Origin: Candidatus Latescibacterota bacterium
Lineage (GTDB): Bacteria > Latescibacterota > UBA2968 > SICM01
Assembly (NCBI GenBank): GCA_965217865.1
Contig: CBDCJO010000002.1
Location: forward strand, 5,440,001 to 5,504,000
Reading direction: 5' to 3'
DNA length: 64,000 nt
In this document: one piece after another, positions 18,624 through 27,336 of the stretch
Position numbering within the stretch: the stretch's first letter is position 1
Layout: every line of letters starts with the position of its first letter
The notes under the pieces: generated by a model
What the model was told of the DNA's origin: nothing
What the model saw: only the letters and a program-made list of their open reading frames with translations
The model's database searches: none
Made by a program: the position numbers and the translations under genes

Positions 18624-19946
18624 TCAACAAGATCGATCGCGCAAAACATCCTTTCGAATTTCTGCCAAGTCATCCAATTCCGGCATGCCCGGGTCACGCG
18701 GACGGGCGGATGTTGGACGGCGACAAACCAGCGCGCCCGCGCAAAGGGTCATCAGGAGGGCCTCCATGGCAAGCAATGAGATGGCGGCCCCGATCGCACC
18801 CATGCTGGGGATTAGAACAAGGTTCATCGACACGTTAAAAATGAGAGAGATCCCCGTGAAGACAGCGTTGTAACGAGCCATTCCCTGGGCAATCATGAAA
18901 TGGGACAATCCGTAAGTGATGAACATCGGGATGAGAGCGGCCATCAGGAAGGCAAGGGATGACCCGGCGGCGGCGTATTCTGCTCCATAAACAAGGTTTA
19001 TCAGTTCCTGCCGAAAAGTTATTCCCAGGCACGCGATGACGCCCCCGAGGGCCAAAAGCAGGCCTACCGATTTCCGCACGAGAGAATTTCTGCGGGGATC
19101 CCCCGGTTGAATGCTTGAAAAAGCGGGATAAACTCCGGCCATCAGAGCGGCCGGCAGCAGCGCCCAAGGTTCCATCAATCGCCGCCCGGCTCCGTAAAGT
19201 CCCACCTCTTCGATTCCCCGCATGGCCTCCAGGATGACCACGTCCACCCGGAAACAGATTGCCGAGAGACTGATCGCAACGCCGATAGGAAGGATTTCTC
19301 TGAACGCATTCCGGACCAGGTCCCGGTCAATCGTGAAATCGGGGCGAAGGAATCGTCTTGTCAGGATCAGGTATGCGATCCCGGTAGACACTGCGGAGGC
19401 CCCAAAGAATCCCGAGGTCACACCGACTATCCTCCAACCGAGGAAAATGGCCCCAAGTCCGAAAATCAGGCTGAGCATGCGTTGAAGAATGCTGAGGCCG
19501 GCCTCGAACCGGATCTCCTGTTTTCCCCGAAATACGTAAAAGATGAACTCTCCAAAAGAGTTCAGAAGAACGCCCATGGCCAAGATGAATACCGCGACTC
19601 GGCCTTCTCCACCAAATCCCCCAAACCGGATCCCGACCAGGAGGCATCCCATCCCAAACACGGCCAGGGTAACACGCGACAGGAGAAGATTCCCGACGAG
19701 TCGGTTGAGGTCCCGCCGGTTTCCCGCGACTTCCCTGGCCACGAATACCTGCATTCCGAAGTCGGTGACCTGAGACAGGATTAGTCCGGTTGTGAACCCG
19801 AAGACGTAGATCCCGAATCCAGCCTGCCCAAGGGCGCGGGCAACCACCGCCATCAGGACCAGGGTGAATAACTTGCCCAACACCTCAGATCCCAGTTTGA
19901 AGAAGACATTTATCCCCACCCTGCGGGGGAATGGATTGAGCGCCAT
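18624..19946 (-). CDS. wzx: Wzx-type oligosaccharide flippase
   Basis: ARALG..GFGIY, DFG, R.D...L......VGLY, YGAEY, N.VLIP.MGAIGAA; many TM segments. Confidence 0.88.
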   Translation of the reverse strand: MALNPFPRRVGINVFFKLGSEVLGKLFTLVLMAVVARALGQAGFGIYVFGFTTGLILSQVTDFGMQVFVAREVAGNRRDLNRLVGNLLLSRVTLAVFGMGCLLVGIRFGGFGGEGRVAVFILAMGVLLNSFGEFIFYVFRGKQEIRFEAGLSILQRMLSLIFGLGAIFLGWRIVGVTSGFFGASAVSTGIAYLILTRRFLRPDFTIDRDLVRNAFREILPIGVAISLSAICFRVDVVILEAMRGIEEVGLYGAGRRLMEPWALLPAALMAGVYPAFSSIQPGDPRRNSLVRKSVGLLLALGGVIACLGITFRQELINLVYGAEYAAAGSSLAFLMAALIPMFITYGLSHFMIAQGMARYNAVFTGISLIFNVSMNLVLIPSMGAIGAAISLLAMEALLMTLCAGALVCRRPTSARPRDPGMPELDDLAEIRKDVLRDRSC

Positions 19947-20126
19947 ACGCAGTTCGGTCCTCTTAAAAGCCTTACCTCGGAACCGCAATTAGTCTGGAAG
20001 GGCAAGTTGGAAGGGGAAGACGATTTGGCGGACTCAATGATTAAACCAGCAGTCCCGAGTCAAAAGTCGGAAGTCTCGACCCACTAAACGAAAAGGCTTG
20101 AAGATTGGAGGATCGTGACATATGTC

Positions 20127-21341
20127 TTACTTACTCCGGCTGCTATATTTTATTTCCGGAAGAAAATCGAGTACGATCGGATCGTGATCGGAAAGGGGAC
20201 CGTAAGTTTCCTGAAGATCCCCCACGACCCTTGGAGGGAAATCCGCCACCGGTGTAATCCCCTTGCCGGCAAACCAGTCGAGTTTGAACGAGCACCGGCC
20301 TTGATGATCTTTTAGGGCCCAATCGATAAACTTAAAACACCACCCCGGAACCCAGTTACCCAGATTGGAATTGACCGCGGCATCTAAAACATTGTAATGA
20401 AGCGTACAAACGCCCGGCTCGTTCAGATTCCGATAGTAGAATCCCCTCTCTGAAAGTTCGCGGAATAGGTGACGTTCAAACCAACGATCCGGATGCGGAT
20501 AGTGTTTGGTGATCGCACGCTCCACACCCATGAGGACGCGCCTCCAGAACCCAACAATGGCGTAGGTGGCACGCTTTGAATTGTATGTTGAGGTGTTCCA
20601 ATCCCCTCCTATCAGAACTGGAAGCGGGTCCAGATCGGACAGGTGATCGAGGACCTGTTGCATCTGACGGTGACGGTGGCCCTGAGAGGAATGGGCGTCC
20701 ATGTGAAGGCTCACCCCCCTGACCGGCCCCATGGGATGATCGATTACTGCGACTACCGCCTTCTGACACCCCAACCTTTTTTCATTCCCCTTCATCTTGT
20801 CCTTCCCGTTAGGAAGAGAGATCGCGTGAGCTTCACGAAGGGGATGACGTGAGAAAAGAGCGTTTCCGTGAAGGGCCTCGGCATTCTCACCCGGGACCCC
20901 CTCCTCCAGACCGGATCCTTTGTTCAAATTCAAGTAGCTCGGAGCAAAGGCGTAGTTGAGTTTCATGGCCGATGCAATCTCGCGGGCAACGTGACGATTC
21001 CTCGTGCGTATCATACCGTGATCCAGTTCGGTGAGCAGAAAGATGTCGCTTCCCCGGATCAGCGGGTGCTCCTTCATCACGCGGATGACATTATCCAGTT
21101 GAATCCCTCGTTCGATATTCCAAGCAGTGACACGAATCGATGACTTAGAGGATGGTCCTGAAGGCGCAAAATTTTCACCGACCACGGTTCCCAAAAGCTT
21201 TTCGACATCCGGCATCAGTCTTGCATAGAGGGAGGAGTTAAGCCATGCCCGGGTTGAGGAAAACTGCTGTATTTCTTCAAAAAAGGGAGTCAAGCCGTGG
21301 TCCAAAGGGGCCACAACCGTGGGATAGGGATCATTTCGCAT
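20127..21341 (-). CDS. Endonuclease/exonuclease/phosphatase (EEP) family protein
   Basis: WNIERG, LTELD, HGNALFSR, HMD, GGDWN, LDWF, SDHDPI. Confidence 0.88.
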   Translation of the reverse strand: MRNDPYPTVVAPLDHGLTPFFEEIQQFSSTRAWLNSSLYARLMPDVEKLLGTVVGENFAPSGPSSKSSIRVTAWNIERGIQLDNVIRVMKEHPLIRGSDIFLLTELDHGMIRTRNRHVAREIASAMKLNYAFAPSYLNLNKGSGLEEGVPGENAEALHGNALFSRHPLREAHAISLPNGKDKMKGNEKRLGCQKAVVAVIDHPMGPVRGVSLHMDAHSSQGHRHRQMQQVLDHLSDLDPLPVLIGGDWNTSTYNSKRATYAIVGFWRRVLMGVERAITKHYPHPDRWFERHLFRELSERGFYYRNLNEPGVCTLHYNVLDAAVNSNLGNWVPGWCFKFIDWALKDHQGRCSFKLDWFAGKGITPVADFPPRVVGDLQETYGPLSDHDPIVLDFLPEIKYSSRSK

Positions 21342-21480
21342 CTGATTTAACGTTTCAATTCTCGTGTGGAAAGGGAAGGTCGAGCGCCATCACACTCGGA
21401 CTTGACAAAAACCCTTGTCCCAAATAGGCGATGACTTAACTTGCTTTGGGCTTCTTATAACCCATCAGGAGGCAAGTTCT

Positions 21481-21699
21481 GTGTCACGCGTGATGATTAT
21501 CCGTTGCGACCGTTGCAATAAAAGGATCCTGAAATATCTAAAGGTTGGAAAAGGGCGGCTTCTCCGCTGCTTTAAGGACCGGATCAAACTGGACGAGACG
21601 GTTCGGAAAGGACAGGAGGTCTTTTGCAGATGCGGAAATCGAATCGGTCGGGATGAGGGCGACCATCTCAAAATCTATGGCAAATACAAACTTGATTGA
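21481..21699 (+). CDS. Small Zn-ribbon-like hypothetical protein
   Basis: RBS AGGAGG, GTG start, CDRC ... G.L.RC..DRI ... CRCG motifs. Confidence 0.7.
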   Translation: MSRVMIIRCDRCNKRILKYLKVGKGRLLRCFKDRIKLDETVRKGQEVFCRCGNRIGRDEGDHLKIYGKYKLD

Positions 21700-21710
21700 A
21701 CCAAACTCCC

Positions 21711-22565
21711 TTATTTTCTGATCCGCAATCTCCTCAGATAATTCAAGCTTCTTTTGACGGCCTCTTCCTCCTCCCCCGTATCCGGGTGGAGAAAATCGAC
21801 CTCCACGCAGAGCAAACCCCGATACTTGGCGTTTTTCAAAAAGCCGATAGCGGCTCTCATGTCCACAATCCCGTCTCCAAGCGGGACGCTGGGCCAGAAG
21901 GAGAATTCCTTGGGATCCCCGCGCCAGATCCCGATGTCTTTTACGTGTGTCGCCACGGTGTAAGGGGCCAGTTTCCTGCAAACCTCCAGAGGATCCTCGA
22001 AAAGCCGCAGGTTGTTTCCGGTATCGAGGGTTACCCCGAGGTGGGGGGAACCGACGCCCTCGATCAGTTCAACCATTTCATCTCCTGTCAGGTCGATATG
22101 ATTCTCGATTCCCAGGATAATCCCGTTATCACGTGCGGCGGGGAGGACACGCTTCAAGGCAGCTCGAAGCCGGCGATAGTGTATTGCCCAGGAGTCCGGA
22201 CGGGTTTGTGCGTTTCCACCCACGATCCGCATGGTATCCGCACCAATGGCCTCTGCATAGGATAGGTTCGCGACCAGGTCCTTTTCCGCATTACGGCTCG
22301 ATCCGGAATGCAACCCGTCGGGGTGACCCCATGCCCACACCCGTACAAATCCGTATTCATCCAGTTTCTCTCTAAGCCTCATCAGGTCGTCCCGTTTACA
22401 GGAGATAAAGCAGGACTCCAGCGACACCCCCCCTACTTTGAATCGTTTGGCTCTTTCCAAAAAGTCGAATACAGTCATCCGCTTACCCCGGGGACGCTTC
22501 TGGATCCCCGGATAGACCTCTCCAAAATAGCGATGATAGCAGTATGAATCGATGCCCAAATTCAC
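21711..22565 (-). CDS. Sugar phosphate isomerase/epimerase (TIM barrel)
   Basis: GIENH, LDTGN, THVKD, PLGDG.VD, Y.G.L.VE; GTG start. Confidence 0.88.
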   Translation of the reverse strand: MNLGIDSYCYHRYFGEVYPGIQKRPRGKRMTVFDFLERAKRFKVGGVSLESCFISCKRDDLMRLREKLDEYGFVRVWAWGHPDGLHSGSSRNAEKDLVANLSYAEAIGADTMRIVGGNAQTRPDSWAIHYRRLRAALKRVLPAARDNGIILGIENHIDLTGDEMVELIEGVGSPHLGVTLDTGNNLRLFEDPLEVCRKLAPYTVATHVKDIGIWRGDPKEFSFWPSVPLGDGIVDMRAAIGFLKNAKYRGLLCVEVDFLHPDTGEEEEAVKRSLNYLRRLRIRK

Positions 22566-22583
22566 GGAGCGGCTCCCTGTAAA

Positions 22584-22862
22584 CAATGAATATTGAATAT
22601 CGATGAATTGAATATTTGAACAATTCACGAATTTCTTGGAGGTCCGCCAATCTTCAATCGTCGATCTTCAATTTCCCTGGCCCCTGCCTTTGCTTTTCCT
22701 GCACTCCCACTGTTTCTGCTTTTCCGTTTCACGTCTCACGTCTGACCTCTCACGTTTTTCCAATCTTCAATCTTCAATCGTCGATCTTCAATTTCTCTGG
22801 CCCCTGCCTTTGCCTTTCCTGCCACTGCTACTGCCTTTACCTGGGCCCCGATATCCGATCCC
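22584..22862. repeat. Composite repeat element containing a 55-bp direct duplication
   Basis: CAATCTTCAATCGTCGATCTTCAATTTC(C/T)CTGGCCCCTGCCTTTGC(T/C)TTTCCTGC at 22648 and 22768 (period 120); also TCACGTC heptamers and inverted ATTGAAT units. Confidence 0.85.
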
Positions 22863-22863
22863 C

Positions 22864-23316
22864 TCACCACCGGTATACCATCAAAATCAGGACAATCAGC
22901 CAGAGAAGATGTTCAATCCCGTGAATCATCGAAAACCGGCCAGCCAGACGCTTGGCCTCCGAAAAATCGTCTCCATCTCCCTCTAAAATACTTTCAATCC
23001 GCTTCCAGGTTGGGAGCGAGAGCGCGATCCCGATCATAAAGAGGACCAGGGTGATCCCGAAGCCCGCGTGGATGGCGGGTCGAACGTTCGCAAAACCCCC
23101 CATATCGATTATGAGTCCCAGCCCGGTAAGGATTGTAAAGACTCCGGAACCGAATATTACCCGGTTTAATCGATTTACACGTTCCCCGAGCAGGTCGGTA
23201 TGGGGTTTTCCGTGTTCAATGGTCCTCCTGAGATCCCCCGGCAGGGCGAGCCCCGCTCCGAACCAAATCGCTGCACCTAAGATATGAAGAATTTTCAAAA
23301 TCAGATAGATTGGCAT
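22864..23316 (-). CDS. DUF2269-like four-TM membrane protein
   Basis: LK.LHILGAAIW.G, LTGLGL, C-terminal L.LMV. Confidence 0.7.
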   Translation of the reverse strand: MPIYLILKILHILGAAIWFGAGLALPGDLRRTIEHGKPHTDLLGERVNRLNRVIFGSGVFTILTGLGLIIDMGGFANVRPAIHAGFGITLVLFMIGIALSLPTWKRIESILEGDGDDFSEAKRLAGRFSMIHGIEHLLWLIVLILMVYRW

Positions 23317-23410
23317 TTAAAGCTCCTATTCAGAATAATCTTCGAACGCAATATCTAAACCGGACCGATCTCCTCCGATATACGAGATGGGTGTCTCAGG
23401 CAGAAATCCC

Positions 23411-23439
23411 TTGACCTTCTCCGGGGTTTAACCTATCTT
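23411..23439 (+). promoter_or_regulatory. Sigma70-type promoter of the mltD-like gene
   Basis: TTGACC-N17-TATCTT. Confidence 0.5.
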
Positions 23440-23514
23440 TGGCCTATCCCCTTTATTGACAAATACCTCTCCAAGCAAACCCCTCCTTCCTGTCTTCCCA
23501 AAAAAATATTACGA

Positions 23515-25539
23515 ATGCAAATTAATCTAACAAAAGCCGTACTCTGTCCATTCCTTTGTGTCGCTCTATTGGCTTGCAGTTCCGTCCGTCACAGCACTCG
23601 CCGTGCCGCAAAGGTCGATTCGACCGCAACAGTTCCCCTGGACCCCAAGAAGTCCCTTGCGGTTGCCCGCAAGCATATCAATATGGCTCGAAAATCACTT
23701 TCTTCCGGGAATGCAGAGCAGGCCATTGCAGAGATCGACCTTTCTTCGGACATCCTGGCCACGGTTGAAATTAGACCCGAGGATCAGCCCAAGCTATTCA
23801 AGAAATACGTGGAACTCCTCAGGCTCCTGGAGCAGACCCGCCGTGAAGTGATCCCAAAGGGAACACCTGTCGCAAGTGAAGATGCACCTGCCATCGCCCT
23901 GGTCCAGATCCTGGACCCACGGAGCCTTGCGACCTTGTCTGTCAACGATGTCCAGCAGGTAATGATCATAAAAAAAATCGCGGATTCTTCCGATATTCCC
24001 CTGGAATGCACCCCTGCGGTCCTGCGCTACATTCGGTTCTATACGACCACCGCACGCAAAAGCATGGAAACATGGCTCAGCCGAGCGGCCACATACACCC
24101 CGATGATCCGTGGGATCCTCGAAGAGGAATCCGTCCCCCTCGACCTATCTTATCTGCCGATGATCGAGAGCGGATACAACCCATTCGCATACTCACGGGC
24201 AAGGGCGAATGGGATGTGGCAGTTCATCGCAAGTACGGGAAGGGCTTTCAATCTCCGGATAGACGACTGGGTCGATGAAAGGAGAGATCCTGAAAAATCC
24301 ACCCGGGCAGCCGCCCGATATCTCAGGAACCTTCATGGACGACTGGGCGACTGGAAATTGGCCTTGGCATCATACAACTGGGGCCGGCTAAATGTGGAAA
24401 AGGCCATGAGAAAGGCGGGATCCCGAAACTTCTGGAAACTCAGAGTCCCGAGGGAAACCCGATCCTACGTTCCGTCGTTCATGGCGGTGGTCATCATCGC
24501 GCGGAGCCCGGAGACATTCGGGTTCAATAATGTCACCCCCGGAGATCCCTGGCACTTTGACCCGATTCCCATCAAATCGCCGGTTTCCCTTCGGGTGGCC
24601 GCGAAGTGTGCCGGAACCTCTGAAAAGATCATGAAGGGGCTCAATCCGGAACTCAAATGGGGGGTCACACCTCCCAAAAAGCGGTTTGTGCTTCGCCTGC
24701 CCCCGGGCACCCGGGAGCGATTCGAAAAAAGATTCGCAGCCCTTTCCCCGAAGGAAAAGCTTCCGTGGTATCCATACCGGGTCAAGCGTGGAGATAATCT
24801 TTCCTCCATAGCCTCCCGAAACGGCATCTCTTCCAAGATGCTGGCCAAAGTAAACGGGCTGAAATCCCGGAAATCCCGGAATCGTCTGAAGATCGGCCAG
24901 CGCCTGCTGATCCCTCTGAAATCGGTTGCCCGGGCCTCCTCTCCTCCACGGAAGGTCCGTCGGGGAAAAACCAAATACACCGTTCGTCGGGGGGATACCC
25001 TCTATCGAATCGCCCGTTTATACGGGGTGACCGTTAATCAACTCCGAGCCTGGAACGATGTCCCTTCAGCCAGGCGCCTCCGTCCGGGGAAACGGTTGAA
25101 CATCTGGAAGACCCGAGTGCGTTATAACGGTTCTAAAGACTACCACGTGGTTCGCCGTGGCGACACGCTTTGGGAAATTGCCAAGGCTTACGGCGTCACA
25201 GTCAATCAGCTGCGGGCCTGGAACGATGTCCCGTCGAGCAAGCGCCTCCGCCCCGGCAAGAAACTGACGATCCGGAAATCCAAAAAGTCGTCCTCCAAGA
25301 AGCCCACCAGGCTGGCCTCCAGCGAAAAAGCCGACGAGATCCTTTTTCACACGATCCGAAGGGGGGACACCCTCTGGGGAATTTCTCGGGCTTATGGTGT
25401 CTCGATTAGACAACTCAGAAAATGGAATGATATCTCATCTAGCAAGCGCCTTCGTCCGGGAAAACGGATTATCGTCCGGAAGCCCAAGGACGGGAAGGCA
25501 CAGATCGGGCTCTTTCTCCCGGATCGCCTTGCTGCATGA
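23515..25539 (+). CDS. mltD: MltD-like lytic transglycosylase lipoprotein with four LysM domains
   Basis: Lipobox LLAC, IESGYNP, GMWQF, DERRDP, ASYNWG, ETRSYV, LNPEL, four V/I.RGD.L..I LysM repeats. Confidence 0.92.
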   Translation: MQINLTKAVLCPFLCVALLACSSVRHSTRRAAKVDSTATVPLDPKKSLAVARKHINMARKSLSSGNAEQAIAEIDLSSDILATVEIRPEDQPKLFKKYVELLRLLEQTRREVIPKGTPVASEDAPAIALVQILDPRSLATLSVNDVQQVMIIKKIADSSDIPLECTPAVLRYIRFYTTTARKSMETWLSRAATYTPMIRGILEEESVPLDLSYLPMIESGYNPFAYSRARANGMWQFIASTGRAFNLRIDDWVDERRDPEKSTRAAARYLRNLHGRLGDWKLALASYNWGRLNVEKAMRKAGSRNFWKLRVPRETRSYVPSFMAVVIIARSPETFGFNNVTPGDPWHFDPIPIKSPVSLRVAAKCAGTSEKIMKGLNPELKWGVTPPKKRFVLRLPPGTRERFEKRFAALSPKEKLPWYPYRVKRGDNLSSIASRNGISSKMLAKVNGLKSRKSRNRLKIGQRLLIPLKSVARASSPPRKVRRGKTKYTVRRGDTLYRIARLYGVTVNQLRAWNDVPSARRLRPGKRLNIWKTRVRYNGSKDYHVVRRGDTLWEIAKAYGVTVNQLRAWNDVPSSKRLRPGKKLTIRKSKKSSSKKPTRLASSEKADEILFHTIRRGDTLWGISRAYGVSIRQLRKWNDISSSKRLRPGKRIIVRKPKDGKAQIGLFLPDRLAA

Positions 25540-25595
25540 ACAGTGCTAAGTCCGGATTTGGTTAAACCAGACGACTTTTTTAATTCCTCGCACCG

Positions 25596-26414
25596 TCATT
25601 CGAAAGGCCAGAGTCGTTGAATGGTCTTGGATAACAGCCACTCCTTATCCCCCCCCGTCAGGAACTCCATCCCGTCCCGCACCCCGGTCAGGGTTTGAGC
25701 ATAGGTGGCATCCGGAAGGCAAACCGGCCAGTTCGTGCCCCACATACACCGGTTAACACCGAAGGCGTCGATGACCCGCTTGACCAACGCGTGTGAATCT
25801 TCCCAAGGATATATTCCGCAGCTGATCTTCGATGTATTGCTAACCTTAACAAACATACGTGGGTAACGTGACATTTCAAGCAATCTTTCGATGTTTTCCG
25901 CTTCCCCGATTTTACAACCAGCCATATGATCGATGCAAACGTCAAGGTCCCCGTGACGGTCGAGCAGACGGCAGAGGTCCGGCAGACGACCCGGTTTGGT
26001 CAGAATGAGCATCGGAACCTTCAAACGGGTTGCGGATTCGAACAAGGGATCCATCAACGGACCAATAAACCAATCCCCCGCAGGACCCGATTCCGGGCTG
26101 AGGCGCACCCCGTGTAGCCCCTTCTCTTCGACCCACATCCTCAGGTGATCCGGGGCAGCCGGATCCTCTGGATCCACCCGGGCAACCCCCATAAACTTGC
26201 CCGGGTACCGGTGAATGGCGTCCAGAATAAACCGGTTATCCCAACGATAGTAGATGACCTGGACGAGGACGGAATGCGCCACTCCATTGCTCTCCATAAG
26301 CTCCAGAAGCATCTCCGAGGTGGCATCTTCCCCGGGTGGCGTGCCGGTCTCCCTGGCCCAGGGGAAAGCAGGATCGTTCTTGTAGATATGGACGTGCGGA
26401 TCGATGATTCTCAA
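25596..26414 (-). CDS. Amidohydrolase_2 family protein (lactonase-like)
   Basis: IDPHVH, DNRF, GVRL, IDHM, VKVS, MWGTNWP. Confidence 0.88.
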   Translation of the reverse strand: MRIIDPHVHIYKNDPAFPWARETGTPPGEDATSEMLLELMESNGVAHSVLVQVIYYRWDNRFILDAIHRYPGKFMGVARVDPEDPAAPDHLRMWVEEKGLHGVRLSPESGPAGDWFIGPLMDPLFESATRLKVPMLILTKPGRLPDLCRLLDRHGDLDVCIDHMAGCKIGEAENIERLLEMSRYPRMFVKVSNTSKISCGIYPWEDSHALVKRVIDAFGVNRCMWGTNWPVCLPDATYAQTLTGVRDGMEFLTGGDKEWLLSKTIQRLWPFE

Positions 26415-26467
26415 CCGGAGCCTCCGAAAAGCTCGAACTTAACCACCTGCAAGGCCTACACTTCGAA

Positions 26468-26496
26468 AAGGTAAGTCCCACTATTGCCGATGTCAA
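26468..26496 (-). promoter_or_regulatory. Sigma70-type promoter of the amidohydrolase
   Basis: Minus strand TTGACA-N17-TACCTT. Confidence 0.4.
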
Positions 26497-26514
26497 CGAC
26501 AAAAAGGGGGGGGT

Positions 26515-27291
26515 ATGAGCAACTTGCTTTCCTGCAATCTTGACATTATTGGAAGCTACGGAAACTATCCTGACACAGCTTTCAGCCATCTTCAGAAGAT
26601 CGGCGTAAAGTATGTGGAAATCCCCGTCCCTCCGGTTGAACGGGCAGAGGCGACCCGGGAAGTCCTGTCCTATTTCGATCTCTCCGCGGCCAGCCTAGTG
26701 ATCCAAGGCAAAATCGAAAGAGAGCAAATTGCCGACGACCTTCTCCCCGGATTTCAAACAGCCGAAAATATGGGTGTGAAGATCGTTTTTATCAGCGTCA
26801 AGGCAGGGGATATTCCGCTCGAGACCGTGTACACACGTCTCCGGAAGGTCGGTGACGCTGCGGCGTCGCACGGGGTGACCGTTACCCTTGAGACCCATCC
26901 GGATCTTTGTGAAAACGCCCTCGTCGCCCTCCGGACGATGGATGCGGTGGATCATCCCAATATCAGGCTCAACTTCGACACCGCGAATGTCTTTTATCAC
27001 AACAAAGGCGAGGTGGACGGTGTCGCTGATCTCAGTAAAATCGCGAAATATGTCGTTTCCATCCATCTCAAAGACACAAGAGGAGGTTACAGGAACTGGC
27101 AATTTCCCACCCTTGGGGAAGGTATAGTCGATTTCAAAGGGACATTCCGGGTTATGAACGAAATCGGGTTCCACGGCCCCTTTACCATGGAACTTGAAGG
27201 TGTCGAAGGCGAGGAGCTCAACCTGAGACGGCAGCACGAGCGTGTCGAAAAATCGGTTGAACACCTGCGGGACATAGGCGCCATCGATTAA
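26515..27291 (+). CDS. Sugar phosphate isomerase/epimerase (TIM barrel)
   Basis: LETH, NFDTAN, IHLKD, LGEG.VDF, GF.GP.TMELE. Confidence 0.88.
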   Translation: MSNLLSCNLDIIGSYGNYPDTAFSHLQKIGVKYVEIPVPPVERAEATREVLSYFDLSAASLVIQGKIEREQIADDLLPGFQTAENMGVKIVFISVKAGDIPLETVYTRLRKVGDAAASHGVTVTLETHPDLCENALVALRTMDAVDHPNIRLNFDTANVFYHNKGEVDGVADLSKIAKYVVSIHLKDTRGGYRNWQFPTLGEGIVDFKGTFRVMNEIGFHGPFTMELEGVEGEELNLRRQHERVEKSVEHLRDIGAID

Positions 27292-27336
27292 CCGGATTCA
27301 CCCCGAATCTTTGAACCGCCGACCCGGCGTGTAACG

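Noticed and set aside
22648-22822. CRISPR array
   Set aside because: Only two copies of a 55-bp unit, the spacer is low-complexity, and there are no cas genes in the window.
22616-22986. ORFs with repetitive NLQSSIFN or PLPLP peptides
   Set aside because: These are translations of the intergenic short tandem repeats.
24975-25470. Nucleotide repeats as a non-coding repeat array
   Set aside because: They are the tandem LysM domains of the MltD-like protein.
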